This document shows positions 1-12,765 of a stretch of DNA of 64,000 nt, piece after piece. The translations under genes and the position numbers were made by a program. The notes under the pieces were generated by a model, which saw only the letters and a program-made list of their open reading frames with translations, searched no databases and was not told where the DNA came from. Position 1 is the first letter of the stretch. Each line of letters opens with the position of its first letter. The stretch lies in assembly GCF_006345805.1 (NCBI RefSeq), contig NC_043020.1, positions 4,278,001-4,342,000 of the forward strand, read 5' to 3'. This stretch comes from Octopus sinensis. Lineage: Eukaryota.

Positions 1-91
1 TTTGGACCGCCGAAGGTTGCAGTTAAGTTCTGATCTTTGAGGCCTCCGTTAGATTTGCAAACCTGGCATTCACTGCATTTAAAGGTGCGCG

Positions 92-172
<81 letters not shown>

Positions 173-1155
173 GTATATATGTATATATGTATGTATGTAT
201 GTATGTAGTCTGCCCATTTGTCTCTTCGTTTTTGCCTCTGTTTCCGTCAACACCACTCCTCCTCCTTCCACCCTATTTCCGACTGTCAAACTCCAAAATT
301 TGACAAGAAAATATAAAAGTCCAAAGTAACGTAGAAATAGAAGAAACCGTTTCCACCAGATTCTGAAATTAAACAGATCGCCATTGGCTACAATAGTTCT
401 CCTCTGTCTGTCTGTCGTTCTACAAAGATAGACTCTGTGTGTGCACGCGTGCTTGTGTGTGTGTGTGTGTGTGTGTAAGGGAGAGAAAAGGACAGAGAGA
501 AACAGTAAGAGGATGCATGACTGAATCTGAGTGTTTCGACCCCGATACCTTTTTCATTTAACTCGTTAAGAAGCATTTGTATGGGACAATGTGGTACTTC
601 GGTGTATCTTAAGTGCTCAATGAAATTGTAAATCAATGATTATTTGTTTTGAAATGAAACAGCTACAATAAAATAATTTACAAGAACAATATGATCACCG
701 CTACCACCAACAATGATATCCTCATCGCCATCGTCACCATCGTCATCAATACAGCCAGCTTCCCCACCACCACCATCACCAATACAACTTTTGAATAATT
801 TTATCTGGCAACAGCAATAATAATATCAGCATAATAGTAATGTCTGTAGCTACATATGTTACATGTCAACGTAGCGGAGGTGGTGTGGTAAAAGAGTTTT
901 TATGATTCGAGTTAGAAGAGCAGGGTACGAAGTGCTCGTGAACTTGGTGACTCTTCAGTTAACTGTAATCATACGGAACTCCTTTCCACCTCACTCCCTC
1001 GAATTCACTGCTTCTCGCTTCCATCCTTACATCCTTTGGAAGAATACAAGATTTTGCTTTTAAAAAGCATTTCTTTCTTGGTGCTTTTTTAAACTTCATA
1101 TTTGCTATGGATAATTGTTGATCGCCGGCGCTACTGTATTTACCGCCATTTTAAG

Positions 1156-1830
1156 ATGTGTGGAAAGAAACCATCAAGTAGAACTGAAGCGAGAGGTGTG
1201 AGAAGGAACTGTAAAAAGATTACACTGGATACTAAACTTGATGTTTTAGCAAGGCTTCGTGCGGGGGAAAGAAATCAGCCGTATTACCAAGAGATTAAAA
1301 CTTGCAACATCTACAGTGAAAACAGCCTAGCAATGGAGAAATGGAGAGAAAACTATTTGAATTTTGTTTTCATAAGTCTAATGTGATATTTAAGATGAGC
1401 CGGTTCTTGAGTTTATGGATTGACAAGTTTTCCATAAGCAGAAAGTCTACATCAAATTAGGAAAGATATAGAAACGCTTACAGGTTCGAAGAAGTCATAG
1501 TGAAAAATGTGGTTGAGTTGCTAGTGTCTCGTTGAGAAAGCTTATCTAACAAGAAACTGATGTTGTTAGAGCAACAGCAAACTGAGGATAGGGAAATTCC
1601 AACAACTCCACTTCAGTTGACAATAAAAAAATTTTTATCAAAGAGTTGGCACTTAGAGAGGAAAATTTACAAGATTTCATTGATAAAAACTCTAATCATG
1701 AACAGAACATAATAATAACAATGGGATTTTACAATGAGTTCAGTTCCTACATTGAGCTGTACAAAGAGATGGATAAGTTGTTCGCCCCTCAAATAGATGT
1801 TGATGATGATGATGTTGATGAACTATAAGA
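1156..1830 (+). mobile_element. pogo/Tigger-like DNA transposon relic (internally deleted transposase)
   Basis: From ATG 1156 the frame reads KKITLDTKLDVLARLRAGE, then LKLATSTVKT after a frameshift (CENP-B/psq-type HTH). About 1490-1590 reads EEVIVKNVVELLVSR*ESLSNKKLMLLEQ and 1700-1780 reads YIELYKEM, like Tigger C-termini. The DDE core is missing and I could not fix the TIRs. Confidence 0.7.
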
Positions 1831-2384
1831 GTCTTTCATCATTCTAAAAGCCCTCATCCTGTCACCATTATCCTGTCACAATAATCAACATGTTAGCAGT
1901 CTTATCTGAAATTTCACTTCAAATGTTTTTTTATGTCTAGAAATTGTTCTGTGTATATTTAGAAATCGTTTTCATACAAGTGGTCGGTTTTTTCTTTTCT
2001 TTTTTTTTTTTGATGTTTTTGGAAATATCGGTAGAAACGTATCATCACTTACAAGAAAATCAATGGAAAAATTGTTTTCGCGTTACAGCAAGTTTTCAGG
2101 GATTTCTTCCGTAACGCCAAGCATTCTTGCATGCATGTATGTATGTATGTATATATATATTGGATGTTTGATTCCATAATAGGATTTTTTCGTTAAATAC
2201 CTTTTCTACGTCTGCCTTTGATGTTTTGTAGAGTCCAGTGTGGTCGTTTGTCAGCAGGGGCGCCGGGGAGGAGAGACAGATCGTATTTTGTTCAATAACA
2301 GAGTGCATAATTGTAAAGGCGATGGTTGTGTGAATGGTAGTGGAGATGTAGCGGGGTGGTAGCCGTCATCCTGGAGATAATCTG

Positions 2385-2417
<33 letters not shown>

Positions 2418-2799
2418 TGTTGTTGTTGTGATGATGGTGGTGGTGATGCCGATGGCAGAGGCGGTGGTAGCGGGGGGAGGCGGAGGCGGTGATACGCAGC
2501 AGAACTATTTCAAAACCCACCAACAGCCTTTGCTTAACATGACAAGACATCTTTCTGTGGTGATGGCCGTTGCTTGCTGTAACCCCAGGGGTAAGAAGTT
2601 CAGTCTCTTGTCACTCATTCGGATTAGCTTCTATAATCTGTTTGGATTTGGAATAGCATGTGAGTGTTGTTGTTATTGTTGTTGTTGTTTGTGGAGACGA
2701 CGGTGACGGCGGCGGGTGTGGTAGCTTACTGTTAGTAAAGAAGATGGACTTCAGTCTATCTTCATGTGTGTATGTGTGTGCATATACATATGCATATTA

Positions 2800-2843
<44 letters not shown>

Positions 2844-2871
2844 ATATGCATATATATATGCGTGTGCGTAT

Positions 2872-2929
<58 letters not shown>

Positions 2930-3009
2930 GAAAAACAAGAACGAAAATGCTATTTTCTTAAAATTGGGTATATTTTAATTTTCCTTTGTATAAATACATA
3001 CATACACAC

Positions 3010-3170
3010 GACGGGCTTCTTTCAGTTTCCGTCTATCAAATCCACTTACAAGGCTTTGGTCTGCCCGAGGCTATAGTAGAAGACACTTGCCCAAGGTGCC
3101 ACACAGTGGGACTGAAATCAGAACCATGTGGTTAGGAAGCAAGCTACTTACCACACAGCCACGCCTGCGC
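3010..3170 (-). mobile_element. tRNA-derived CORE-type SINE (octopus OR-like family), partial
   Basis: The minus strand reads GCAGGCGTGGCTGTGTGGTAAG (A-box-like) ... GATTTCAGTCCC (B-box-like) ... CACCTTGGGCAAGTGTCTT (CORE-like). Clear homologues lie at 18250, 26168, 42175, 50480 and 62030. Confidence 0.8.
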
Positions 3171-3352
3171 ATGTATGTTTGGGTTTGATCCACACCGCTT
3201 GACATTCGGAGTTAGTTTGTTTACGTTGCCGTAACTCAGCGTTTTGGCAAATTGGCAAGAGTCCAGTATAAGCAGCAGACATTGAAAAGAAGAACTCAGT
3301 TCAAGGCACCAGCATCGACTGAAACTAGTTTAAGAATAAAGAAACTACATAC

Positions 3353-3388
<36 letters not shown>

Positions 3389-3413
3389 GTATATGTATGT
3401 ATGTATGTATGTA

Positions 3414-3445
<32 letters not shown>

Positions 3446-3486
3446 TATATATATACATACATACGTATAATTTACACACACACATG

Positions 3487-3518
<32 letters not shown>

Positions 3519-3929
3519 CATATACATGCTAGCAGGCATACCGGCGTTGCTCGGGATTAAGATTAAGTAGCTTATTTGGTGAGTCGCGAAATCCTCCATT
3601 TGTGATATTTCATTGTTCCTTGGTGGTAATTTCTCCCTTGCAAATATATGTGGTCGCCGTCTGTTTCATATGGGAAAAACAATGAATACATCAAAGGATC
3701 GATGTAACTCTGAAATTCTCAATCCACCTTGTTTCAACTGAAGGACAATCTCTCTATTTTCTTTCGGTTCATTTGTTGCCTGAAGATCGCGTGCAACCAC
3801 GGGCAAAACTCAGAAAATAACTCCACTAAAATAATATATATTATCAATATCTAGAATGCTACTGAGTACTCTGTTTTCCGATAGTTAACACTAAACAGAT
3901 ATATATATATATACAGACTCCACACACAC

Positions 3930-5800
3930 TGAACCTTCCCTCAGATGGACCGTCTGACCAATAGAACGCATCCTTTTGACACAAAAACTCCCCAGAAGTT
4001 CCAACTTGGTCGGATGGGGACTAGGACAAAGCTCAACAGAGAAGACATGCGTTTGCCTAGTCTGCTTTGACAGACTAAGCTCATGATCTAATACCGTTCC
4101 AATAGGTGGCTATTTACTCTGATCAAGGCGGCGAGCTGACAGAATCGTTAGCGCGCGGGCGAAATGCTTAGCTGTATTTCGTCTGTCGCTACGTTCTGAG
4201 TTCAAATTTCGCCGAGGTCGACTTTGCCTTTCATTCTTTCGGAGTCGATAAATTAAGTACCAGTTATGCACTGGAGTCGATGTAATCGACTTTATCCATT
4301 TGTCTGTCCTTGTTTGTCCCCTCTATGTTTAACCCCTTGTAGGCAATAAAGAAATATATTTACTCTGATCACAATGAAGATGCCTCTGTACATGAAACGA
4401 TCCATACATAGAAGATAGGACCAAAACCGCCAACTCACGATAGTTGACCCCATCGAAAGCTTTTGTTCGATTCAAATTCATCAAAGCTCCACCTCAGCTG
4501 GATTTATTTCCTATCCTCTTTATGATGTCCTGTATGAGTAGAGATCATCGTCCATAGACCTGGTTAGGTTTGTGCAGGTTTGCGTTTTCTTCGCCAGAAC
4601 TTTAAACTCTACATTTAGCAGAGTTATATGCCGGAAATTATCGGTTACATTTCTCTTGATCGTGTCGTTCCTCGGTCACCACCAGTTTCCGATAATAAAA
4701 CCTGGGAATTCCTCACTTCTGCTGTCAGTTGCATTTTACGCCTGCCGCCAAAACGTGGCCAAGAATCCTAAGCCACCTGAACCAAGTGATCTGCGCCTCT
4801 TGCCCCATTCCGTGTCTTCGCTGCAGTCATCGGCTTTTCGCATCACTCTGCATCGTCCGCTGAGAGCTGCCACAACCATCGCCCTTCCACCGCTAACCTC
4901 GAACAGTTAAGTGAATCATTTCGTGTAGCATATACTTGTCTTGGTCTATCAAAGACCGAATTGCGAATTTGTTGTCCCTCCATCTTCTGAACCCATATAA
5001 CGGTTTTCGATCCCTCCTATCTTAGAGTACGCATTAGTTCTGATGGTGCGGTCTTCGTGTTTTGCGTTGAAGAAATGGTCCAGAGTGGTTCTCGTTGGTC
5101 TGAATCGCCACTTCTCATTTACTAACTCTCTCCCCACCAATCTATTTTTCTACACTTATTTCTTGACTAACGCTTAAAGATCATACCCTAATCTTCTCCA
5201 GAGGTTCCTACCATTAACTTTGTTCCCGTCAACTGCCGCTTCTAATCCAGTCGTTTTAGGTCTTACACGTCAGAAACGATACCTTGAGACCCCAGTAGCC
5301 GGTTCCTTGTCTATGAGTTCTACCTAAGACCTCTGTACAAGTCGTTACGCAGTGATCTATGAAACCAGTGAGTTGTAATCGGGGTCATCCTAAACTCTCA
5401 CTGTCCATTGGCCTAATAAACAGCCGATTTAAATTCAATCTGGACAATCCGATGCAATTATTCCACATCCATACTGGAATATTTGGAAAATCTATTCGGT
5501 ACTTATCAGGCAGTTGGCAAAGCCTGGGTATGTTTGCAAGGATTTTACCTTTCCCTTCTCTTTGTCCTTAATAATCCCATTATGCGTTTAAAATACCGCT
5601 TCATTAGCCTACTAATATGAAAGAGCAGACTGTTTCCGTGAATATTTTGAGAAGCCTGAAGAAATCATTGTACTTGCCTTCCCTCGTCGGGGCATACAGG
5701 ACCACCTTCGCTGCCGTTTACGTCCAGGATTTCACCGACTTACCGCTAGAATCTAAGACAGTCCGTACCTCAAGGTCCGAAACAACACTGCACTCCTCTC
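3930..5800 (-). mobile_element. L1/Tx1-clade non-LTR retrotransposon relic, copy 2 (APE endonuclease to RT)
   Basis: Minus-strand fragments occur in ORF2 order: SDLEVRTVLDSSGK..ILDVNG, YAPTREG..DFFRLL, DKYRIDFPNIPVWMW, GYWGLKVSFL, IRSLIDQ, NFRHITLLNVEFKVLAK, GGALMNLNRTKAFDGV, VIRVNSHL. There are many stops and deletions, and a SINE interrupts at 4126-4356. Confidence 0.8.
4126..4356 (+). mobile_element. tRNA-derived SINE (family starting AGGCGGCGAGCTGGCAGAA) with 15-bp TSD
   Basis: Full-length copy with central GCCTTTCATTCTTTCGGAGTCGATAAATTAAGTACCAG and AATAAAGAAATA tail. TATTTACTCTGATCA flanks it at 4111-4125 and 4357-4371. Confidence 0.9.
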
Positions 5801-7110
5801 TACGCTACTTCAGCTCGACCTTTGAAGGTCAGTTTCTCCCCCAGCTCATTCCTGGACAAGACTGCGCACCCTTCTCATTACCAGTTCCGGTCCATCTGTG
5901 AGTCCATCGGTCCAGCGCTTCACAGCGTTTACCGCCTGAAAGGGCCTGCCTTTCCAGGTACCAAATTAGAAGCTCCTGATTTGTACTGGTTGATTTTAGC
6001 CTCTTCTACCGTCTCTTAGTATTTAGAATGGTGCCGATTGTTTTCACTTCGATGGGATTCGACACCTTGATGATGACGTCATCTGTATACACCGACACGG
6101 CCCTCCCGAGTTCGAAAAGGATGTCCTTCAAGCGTTCGACATCAAACAAACTTGGTCAAAGTGCATTCATCGTGCAACCCTCATAACCTTCCATATTTTA
6201 GCTGCTGTTATCGGCAGCGCCTCGCATCTTTTGCCGAGAACCATGTCAGGTGGCCGTCGTGCCAGGTACTGCAGTTCACCGCTGTTTTGATATATCACCT
6301 GCCCGAACGGTCCGGTGAAGTGCTGCTGGAAAGCTGTCGTCACACGCGACCGGATTTGTTTTATATTAAAGAAGAAATAGTCGATAGCCATTCTTGCCTC
6401 GAGCACATTGGTTGCAATACAGTTACTAATTGCCTCTTATTCCAGTCTGTTTCTTTCTATTGTCAGTTCTTTACTAAATGCTTTATACTAGGATCTAATT
6501 GACGATTGCTCTCGTCAATTGCCGCTTCACTAATTCAGTAATTCACTTGTCTGTGCATTCAGCTTCCAGTTGCCAGGTCCTATCTAAGCTAACAACGCAG
6601 ATCACAAATTTGTGGCCAATGTAATCGACCAGTTTAAAATGTGAACACCCTACACTATCTCTATCTGCCTACCTAACAAAAGACTCTAGATTCAATCCGG
6701 ATGACACGCACTGATTGTTCCATGTCGACGCTAACACATTTGTGAAATTTCATCTTCGGGACCGGTCAGACAGTTGGATTTGTCTGAGTAGGGTTTGAGG
6801 CTTTTGCGCGCCATCCCCCACCTATATATTTTCGCACCTCGCCTTGGCGTTTAAAAATACTGTTTCAGTGTCCACGGAAAGGTCGCGGTGTCGGAACCTA
6901 AACGGTCATTAGTCTAAAGGATCGCCTTCACTGGCGTTCCACCGATTCGGGGCCAAGAGGAGTGCCTGTACCTCGAGATCTAAGGATTTCCGGAATGAAA
7001 CTGCCACCCGATCCCGACAGAATACGAGATGAGTAATCTTTCTAAACGTCTCGACGTCAAAGAGAAATTTCCCTCTGCTGCGTCCACACACTTTCTGTGT
7101 CACTTCCGCT
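5801..7110 (-). mobile_element. L1/Tx1-clade non-LTR retrotransposon relic, copy 1 (APE endonuclease to RT thumb)
   Basis: Minus-strand fragments: VAVSFRKSLDLEVQAL, QIQLSDRSR, DRDSVGCSHFKLVDYIGHKFVIC, ITELVKRQLTRAIVN, AFQQHF..PITAAKIWKVM, VSVYTDDVII (YADD-like), EAKINQYKS, LGTWKG, RWTDG, KLTFKGRAEVA. Confidence 0.8.
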
Positions 7111-8520
7111 GGTTTTATCAATAATGGAAGAGAGAGAGAGAGAGCGGGGGGAAGGAGAGACATGGAGGTGTGGATGGAAGATATCAATCGATCTGCAATT
7201 TATTACCCTTTTTACCTCCACACACACACACACACACGTGTGTATGTGAGTTTGTGACAGCGGACATGAAAAAAAAGAAAAGTGCGTGTGTGCATGAGAG
7301 AGAGAGGGTGGGGAGAGAGAAAGGGAAAGAGAGAGAGAGATGAAGGAGGAATGGAAAGCGGGAGAGAGACGGAGAGATAAATGGGGGAGGTATGCGCGCG
7401 CGTGTTCATATTTTGTGTATGCATGTTTATTGTTTTTGTTATAATTTCAACTTGTCTTTGTTCTTGTTAATCCGAAGTCGCCCCTGAACTAAGCTTTCTC
7501 TCTAAAATTACGTTCCCCGATCTGTCCTTTCTTTGGAAATTGGTAGGCTGTGATTTCAGCCAGATTTGGTTGGCATTTCTTGAGACCACAAAGAAACTAC
7601 CGCATTACGTTTCTCTCTCTCTCCCTCTCTCTCTCCTCTCTCTCTCCCCCTCTCTCTCTCTCTCTTTCTCTTTCTCTCTTTCTCTTTCTCGTGTGTGTGT
7701 TGTATTTATTAAACTAACTATACTTGCCTCTAATTTAACCAAAATTTGGGGGTGGGGCTCAGTCAATCACATTCACCTCAGTATTTGATTGGTACTTTAT
7801 TTCATCGACCCCCAACGGGATGAAAGACTAAGTTGACCAAAGTAGAATTTCAACCCAGAACGTAAAGCTCCCTGACTAAAAACCGCATTTTGACCGACGC
7901 ACCGATGCATTTGTCTAATGTGTGCATTCGTGTTTGCGATGGTGTTTATATATGAACGTGCATTTGTTTGTATTTTGTATGGAAGTGTGTTCATATGTGT
8001 CTATGTTGATGTGTGCGTTTAAGCATGTTTAAGTGTAAGTATGTGTGTTTGTCCGATAAAAACTAGAAATAACTGCAAAAAAACTTTTTGTACAACACCG
8101 TCCACTCCTACCATATTCACTAAATGAGACACGCACTGACACACACACACACACACGTACGCGCGCACGCACGCACACACACGGAATTTCTGAAACAAAT
8201 CCTATATAATGACAATGATTATGATTGTTGTGATGTGGAAGACGACGATGGCGGTGGCGGTGGTGGCGAGGAGGAGGAGGAGGATGAAAGAAACGGAAAC
8301 GACAAATGAAAAGGACAACAACAGTAAAAGAAAACCCCCTTTGTCACCCCCTCTGCAAAAAAAAAAACACCAAAAATTATTAAAGAATTGCTTTAAAAAT
8401 CTGAAACGAGAAAAAGTAATTTAAAAGAAAGAAAACAAAAACAAGAGGACGAAGGATGTTTTTTTTTTTCAGCAGAAAGACGAAAATGAATAAGAAAAGA
8501 ATTGGAAGAAGAGGAGAGAA

Positions 8521-8653
8521 GGAGAAAGAAAGAGAGGAATGAGTGAAGAAGGGGAGAAAAGGAGAAAGAAAGAGAGGAATGAGCGAAGAAGGGGAGAAAA
8601 GGAGAAAGAAAGAGAGGAATGAGCGAAGAAGGGGAGGAATGAGCGAAGAAGGG
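8521..8653. repeat. 40-bp purine-rich minisatellite (about 3 units plus a partial)
   Basis: GGAGAAAGAAAGAGAGGAATGAG(T/C)GAAGAAGGGGAGAAAA occurs at 8521, 8561 and 8601, followed by a truncated unit. Confidence 0.9.
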
Positions 8654-9268
8654 TCAGGGAAAATGATAAAAAACGAGGTGGGGAAAAATCAGTTTAATGT
8701 GAAATTAGAAAGACTATGAAGTTAGAGAGAAAGCAATTAGATAGATTGAGAAATTTAAGAGAGAAATTATTAGCGAGAATGACTATAAAGGGAGAGAGAA
8801 ATAATGAGAGTTGGATGTAGTGAAATTAGGGAGAAATGAGAGAGAGAGAGGAGAGAGAGAGAGAGATTAAAATTAAAAAGTGAAATTACAAAGAGAAATT
8901 AGAAGAGTAAAGTAAGAGAGAAAGAATTACAGTTAAAAGGAGAGTAAAATGAAAGAAGAAGAGAAAGAGACGGAGAGAAATGGAGAAAGAAAAGGGAGAA
9001 ATGGAGACGGCGGGAGGGCGGAGCGATTTTGATTACTTTAGGCATTTTCCCTGGCCGCATCACTCATTTCATTCAAGCTTGGGGGATATCCGAAGGGAAT
9101 TCCTAGTGCCCAAACCTAGTATAATATAATGTCAAAGCAATCAAGCATGCGTGAGGAAGTGTCACAGCGCAGGCGCACTCATTTTTTCACCTCCTCTTTT
9201 CCTTATCTCACCCTCACATCCACCCTACTTCCTCCCACCACCTCCACTTTGCTCTCTCTCTCTCTCTG

Positions 9269-9323
<55 letters not shown>

Positions 9324-9330
9324 GTATTCA

Positions 9331-9364
<34 letters not shown>

Positions 9365-9940
9365 TCACGTGTGTGTGTGTGTGTGTCTTATGTCAGGAGA
9401 TGAGTGCATGTGTGTATATATTTTTGCATGCCATTGTTTCGTATTATGAGTGTGAGTAAGAGTTCAACATTACGCTTAACACCTCCTACCCTACTCAACT
9501 CTTTAATTCACTCTCCCCACCCCTCCTTAATGCGCTTTCTTCTTCATTCAGCTCCACCTCCCTCCTTAAAGTAAATCGTCTTTTCTCCTCCTTCTTTCTC
9601 TCTTTCTCTCTCAGCTCCACCTTTCTCACAAACACGACACGTTTAACCTCTCTAATTTTATTTCCTCTCTTTCTCTCTCTCTTCCTTTACTGACTTATTA
9701 GGGATCCTCCCCCTCCCTGCTATCCACTTTCTATTCATTCACTCACGTCTTCCACTCAACACCCACTCCTCTTCTTTTCTACTCTCCTTCTCGCAGTCGG
9801 TTACTCTCTTATGTTTTCCTCCTGTCTTTCACTCAACTCTTCATTCACACTCTCTCTACTTCCCATTTCTAGCAATCTCACATTATCTTACAGTTTTCTA
9901 TTCTCTCTCTCTTTCTCTCACTCACACACACTCTCTCTGT

Positions 9941-9978
<38 letters not shown>

Positions 9979-10920
9979 ATATATATATATATTATATATT
10001 TGTGTGTGTGTGCAGCTAAAAGATAGTTAATGATGGTGGGTGGGAGGGAAAATAAAGTGAAAGGGGAAAAAAGGTAAGGTGAGTGAGAAGTTGAGAGTAA
10101 AATGAAGATGGGAAGTAGAGAGAGGAGGAATGTGAGTGAGAAAGGAAGAAGAAGATATTTCTTTCTCATTTCATTAGTTTTCAGTCTTTTCACTCACGGT
10201 TCGATCTCCGAGGCTGTCATTCACTCAGCCACCCCTTAAATCTTCTCCCGTTCACTCATATTTCTCTCTCTTTTCTCTCTGCCATTCTCCTTCCGTGGCT
10301 CTACACCCTATTTCTGTTATTCTTTCCCCCCCCCCCGACACCTAAATTTTCCACATTCACTCCCTTATCTCTACCCCCCTCTCTCTCTCTCTCTCACCAC
10401 TTTTAAACATGTTCGATGTCTCAAACTCTTTTCTTCCCAATAATTTCATATAATTTCCCTCTTTCTATTTCCTTCCAGCCATAAAGCAAGTTTGCTTCCC
10501 CCCCCACTTTTCTCTTCTCTCTACTCAACATTATCCTTCCACATCTCTTTAATCCATTCATTTAATCTCCTATCTCAACTAATCTCTATTTACCTTCTTT
10601 CTCTCCTCCTCTCTCTCTCTCTCTTTACTCTACTCTGTCTTTATCACTCCTTTCCTCCTCTTCCTTATACTCATTACCTTTACAACTCTCTATTTTCCTA
10701 TTTCTCTTATTCTCCTCATACTTACACCCATCACTGCTCAATCTTCTTTACAACTTTCTCTGTACTCTCTTCAATTTTCTTTGATTCTCCCTTTTTCATT
10801 ATACACATCTATCTATCTATCTATCTGTCTTATCTATCTATCTATATATATATATGTGTGTGTGTGTGTGTGAAAATACATTTTCCTCTTCTCCTTTGCC
10901 TTCTTTCTTCCTTCCTCATT

Positions 10921-11701
10921 TTTATGAATTTGAATGCTGTGATTATGAATCTGTGGTTGATGCGTCCTGGGATCTCTTCTGGGTATTTTTCTAGCCAGAA
11001 GGTGATCACTTCTATACCATAATCGTGTGGGATATTGGTGTACAGATTCACCACATCGAATGATACTAACAGGGTTCCTTCATTTATTGTCTTCGGGAGG
11101 TGGTTCAACATGTCTAAGTCATCCCTGATGAAGCTTTTCACATATTTTAGAAGCGGTTTGAGTAAGATGTCGAGGAAGTTGCTCAAACGGTGGGCTTCAC
11201 AAGAAGGGCCAGCAATGATGGGTCTCAGTTTGAGGTCAGTATGGGGAGGAACATTAATGCACAGGCTTGGGGAAACTTTGCAAGCTTTACAAATATGAAG
11301 ATTTTTGTGTATTTTAGGTAATCTGTAGAATAAACTAGGTCTGTATTTAAAATTGGATAAATAGTCAATTTAATTTTTTATGAGGCCCTTTCCATGTATA
11401 TGAAGTCAGGAGGGTAAGTTTTTAAGTGTCTTCTGTGGGTTGTATTGTACTATCTTCTCATAGTAAATATTATTCTCCAACATGGAGAGTATTAACTTTT
11501 TGTAGTACTCTGTGTCCATCACCACTGCCGCACTTCCTTTGTCAGCTTCTTTAATGGTGAGGTTTATATCATTTTTTAACTCGATTAGGTCTTTCCATTC
11601 ATTTACATTAAGGCTGGATTTAATTCGTTGTTTTTGTTGGGTATTCAAAGGAAAATTGGTAATGTGTTCACAGAAAGCATCAAATGCTTTATTTCTGCCT
11701 T

Positions 11702-11736
<35 letters not shown>

Positions 11737-12765
11737 TGTGTACAGTGCTCAGGTGCACTACAACTCATCTAAAGTGTATATATAATCAGGTGTAGTTTCG
11801 GCGGATTTCGGAAAGCATGAGGGCCTTAAAGGATGCAGTGTCATGGCAGTCAACAACTGACGCAGGCAGTTTATTCCACGCTTCAGCAACCCTGAGCGTG
11901 AAAAAATGTTTCCGAAAGTCATGGGAGCTGTGCTGTTTTCTGACTTTGTAGGCATGTCCATGTGTGTTAGACACATGGAGATCAAAAAGGTGTTCAGTGT
12001 TGTTGTTGGTGAGGTGGTTGATAACCTTGTGGGTGTTTACCAAGTCCGTCGCCAGACGCCGGAGCTTCAGTGAATCCATGCCCAGGGAAACAAGGCGCTC
12101 AGAATATGGTAGGTGTCTGATGGAGGGTATGCGTTTGGTTGCACGTCTCTGGACAGATTCAGATTTTGTAGGACAGTATTCGCTTTTGTTTTTTACTACT
12201 GAGTCATCTTCGCTGGTGTAGTTGTGAAGTGCTTCTGTGAGGCGTAATTTTCGGCAGAAATCCATAGTGTTATCCTTAATTTCATTCAGGTTCGATCTGC
12301 GAGGGGTTGGACTAAACTTTAAACCTCTTGCTAGAATTTTAGTTTGTGTAAGACTTAGGATAATCGTTGATAAGTTGATTATTTTTGGTTGTTCTTGTAC
12401 ACTTTGTTCCATTTCACATCTGTGTTTCTCTGATTTAGGTCTAAAAAATGGTTGCAGTTGGTAGATTGTTGTGGTAAGTCTGTGTTGTGTTTGGTTTGCT
12501 GAGGAGAAAATGGGTGTAAAGTGTGGCTGTGGTAGTATGTTTGTGGTGGAGTGACTGCGTAGCGGATGGGATTATGGTTGTACTGAGGGTTGTTATATTG
12601 TCTCTGGTTGATGCAGTTTGGGTTAAATTTATTTTTAATATTGCAATGTGGGTGGAGAGGGAAGTTATGTTGTCTAGTTGGGTTGTGTTTAGTTGAATGA
12701 TTGAAGTAACCATGTTGAAGGTTAAGTCTCGGAGGTAAAGTTTTCCATTGATTGTGAGATGATGC
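10921..12765 (-). mobile_element. Penelope-like retroelement, N-terminal and RT part, interrupted by CR1
   Basis: IINLS..LARGLKFSPTP..DFCRKLRL; LTIKEADKGSAAVVMDTEYY; FYRLPKIHK; LRPIIAGP..LSNFLDILLKP; LLVSFDVVNLYTNIPHDYG. These are Penelope-type RT motifs. The element ends at a microsatellite and the GIY-YIG domain is absent. The right boundary is approximate. Confidence 0.85.
11704..12163 (-). mobile_element. CR1-clade LINE 3' fragment with (ATT)n tail inserted in the Penelope-like element
   Basis: ESVQRRATKRIP..LPYSERL..SLKLRRLATDL..FFTLRVAEAWNKLP, then an (ATT)n tail at 11704-11736. TTTT flanks it at 11700-11703 and 12164-12167. Removing it restores the Penelope frame YCPTK-GRNKAFD. Confidence 0.9.

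Noticed and set aside
1-90. Minus-strand [16 protein letters not shown] as an exon or zinc-finger fragment
   Set aside because: Too short and cut by the window edge. It could be a LINE C-terminal remnant or chance.
2251-2706. His-rich or Val-rich ORFs
   Set aside because: Products of (GAT)n/(GGT)n/(GTT)n trinucleotide runs, with no domain or splice support.
3529-3900. Helitron-like terminus CTAGCAGGCATACCGGCGTTGCTCGGG
   Set aside because: Resembles non-autonomous Helitron ends from memory, but there is no second copy or opposite terminus in the window.
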